Assembly (NCBI GenBank): GCA_037443085.1
Contig: JBBIPA010000002.1
Location: forward strand, 13,739-77,738
Direction: 5' to 3'
Length of the DNA stretch: 64,000 nucleotides
Source: Chloroflexota bacterium
Lineage (GTDB): Bacteria > Chloroflexota > Dehalococcoidia > GIF9 > UBA5629
Positions within the stretch are counted from its first letter, which is position 1. Each line of letters opens with the position of its first letter. The translations under genes and the position numbers were made by a program. Below are positions 62,943 through 64,000 of the stretch, piece after piece. The notes under the pieces are model-generated. The model worked only from the letters and a program-made list of their open reading frames with translations, did not search any database and was not told where the DNA came from.

Positions 62943-63036
62943 ATTTAATAGCTGTAATCGGTGAAAAAGCACCCTATTTTTGTTTATTAGACTCGTATGT
63001 GCGCCAATTATTACCGTCATACACAAGAAAACAAGA

Positions 63037-63594
63037 CTAAGACTGAGGTTGGCCCCAGCTTTCGTAGAAAACGGTCTCCGTTAGCTCTTTGCGCCTGGGG
63101 GTTTTCCCTTCCACCGCGGGATATCCCAGCGGCATCATCTCCACCACGGCAAAACCTTCCGGGACATTCAATATACGGGCGACTCTGGCGGCATCGAACA
63201 AGCCCACATGCACCGTGCCCATCCCCAGCGAAAGAGCCGCTAAGGTTATGTTCTGCATCGCCAGCGCCACATCGAACATAAACCAGTCGCCCTTATCAGT
63301 CATTGCCTGCCCTTCTTTATAATAGCCAGACCGCTTCAGTTCGGCACAGGCAACCATCACTATCGGCGCTTGGATCATAGCTGAGGTGGCGGGATTTCCT
63401 GAAGCCAGTACTTCCGCCAGTTTGGCTTTGGTTTGGTTGTCCCTGACCACCACAAATCGAGTGCACTGTGTATTTGCCCAGGATGGCGCCCAGCGGGCAG
63501 CTTCCAGTACAATAGCAAGGTCATTGTCACTTACTGGATTGGGTTGGTACTGCCTGATGCTCCTTCTGGTTTTAATGGCTTCGATTACGTCCAT
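63037..63594 (-). CDS. Nitroreductase family protein
   Basis: Nitroreductase fold pattern (RRSIRQY...AARWAPSWANTQ). 185 aa. Confidence 0.75.
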   Translation of the reverse strand: MDVIEAIKTRRSIRQYQPNPVSDNDLAIVLEAARWAPSWANTQCTRFVVVRDNQTKAKLAEVLASGNPATSAMIQAPIVMVACAELKRSGYYKEGQAMTDKGDWFMFDVALAMQNITLAALSLGMGTVHVGLFDAARVARILNVPEGFAVVEMMPLGYPAVEGKTPRRKELTETVFYESWGQPQS

Positions 63595-63633
63595 TTAGTC
63601 TCCTTTCCAACAGGTAATTATTGTCGCAGAAGC

Positions 63634-64000
63634 CTAGTGGAGCAGCTCTGCCAGTTTGTTCATAGCTACTGTTTGCTGCTCACTGGTTGCCATCTGACGC
63701 AGTGTTACGTTCTGGCTCTTAACCTCATCCTCGCCAATGATAGCGGCATAGTCCACACCCAGGCCGTTAGCCTGTCTGAGTTGGGCTTTCAAGCTCCGGT
63801 CACCGGTGGCCATTAGCACCGGAATATTTTTCTGACGCAAATCTCCAGCCAGCTTCATCGCTGCGGATCTGGCTTCATCTCCCAAACAGGCAATGAACAG
63901 TCCAGGCCTGGCTATGTCCGGGACATCAACCTGCTGCTTTCTCAGGTTAAGCACAATCCGCTCCATGCCCGTAGCAAAACCAATAGCCGGCGCAGGCTTA
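63634..64000 (-). CDS. hisS: Histidyl-tRNA synthetase, C-terminal part (partial; the N-terminus lies beyond the window end)
   Basis: The frame is open to position 64000. Manual upstream translation gives ...KPAPAIGFATGMERIVLNL, the class II motif 3 and HisRS pattern, followed by the anticodon-binding domain. Confidence 0.55.
   Translation of the reverse strand, partial: KPAPAIGFATGMERIVLNLRKQQVDVPDIARPGLFIACLGDEARSAAMKLAGDLRQKNIPVLMATGDRSLKAQLRQANGLGVDYAAIIGEDEVKSQNVTLRQMATSEQQTVAMNKLAELLH

Noticed and set aside
62867-63036. A SAM or other riboswitch in the 5' region of the homocysteine biosynthesis operon
   Set aside because: The reverse-complemented leader is only about 40 nt after the -10 element, with one short hairpin (CUCAC-GUU-GUGAG), and shows no SAM-I or SAM-II consensus features.
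1-64000. CRISPR arrays, tRNA or rRNA genes, insertion sequences or integrases
   Set aside because: The intergenic regions are short (mostly under 300 bp), and none shows a spaced short-repeat array, a tRNA-like cloverleaf, or transposase or integrase coding potential. The only long repeats are the two HD-GYP paralogs.

Overview
This 64 kb window is a dense (about 90% coding) chromosomal segment of an anaerobic bacterium. Its gene content loosely resembles the Dehalococcoidia (Chloroflexi): paired LuxR-type response regulators with HisKA_3 kinases, a split class-I fumarase and a LeuCD-like pair next to isocitrate dehydrogenase. That placement is an inference, not a database hit.

Main blocks, in window order:
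- 1-600: a truncated DnaJ C-terminal fragment.
- 756-4821: a TRAP dctPQM transporter plus an epimerase.
- 5076-6873: a LuxR-type two-component system.
- 6965-14355: a minus-strand operon for a heterodisulfide reductase / [NiFe] hydrogenase complex, ordered small-TM, small-TM, hdrC, hdrB, hdrA, mvhD, mvhG, mvhA, maturation protease. hdrA and mvhD each carry an in-frame TGA that makes the supplied ORF track split or truncate them. Both TGAs replace a conserved cysteine and are followed by a hairpin, so I read them as selenocysteine codons.
- 14674-17346: a second two-component system (GAF/PAS kinase).
- 17363-24103: a Lon-like AAA+ protease, queH, a DUF151 nuclease, a PPC-domain protein, nadK, a GNAT acetyltransferase and a NUDIX hydrolase.
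- 24108-37079: a 13 kb co-directional central-carbon cluster: fumB, frd/sdhBDCA, fumA, malic enzyme, isocitrate dehydrogenase, leuDC-like, a 5S carboxyltransferase-BCCP fusion, a 12S carboxyltransferase.
- 37287-39300: folP, folK, queD and an unlisted Trm112-like small gene.
- 39362-47078: membrane, surface and housekeeping genes. The surface protein gene has a consensus promoter and a signal-peptide ORF that is cut off from its body by an in-frame TGA.
- 47229-52083: a compact PPDK-family gene flanked by two about 80% identical DUF4870-HD-GYP paralogs.
- 52116-58946: an FmdE-like protein, recJ, lgt, ftsY, and an MrfA-like DUF1998 helicase with a DUF503 partner.
- 59123-64000: a DoxX/MauE membrane protein, a PKD lipoprotein, the DUF39 plus NIL-ferredoxin homocysteine-biosynthesis pair with UPF0280, a nitroreductase, and partial hisS.

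I found no rRNA, tRNA, CRISPR array or obvious mobile element.
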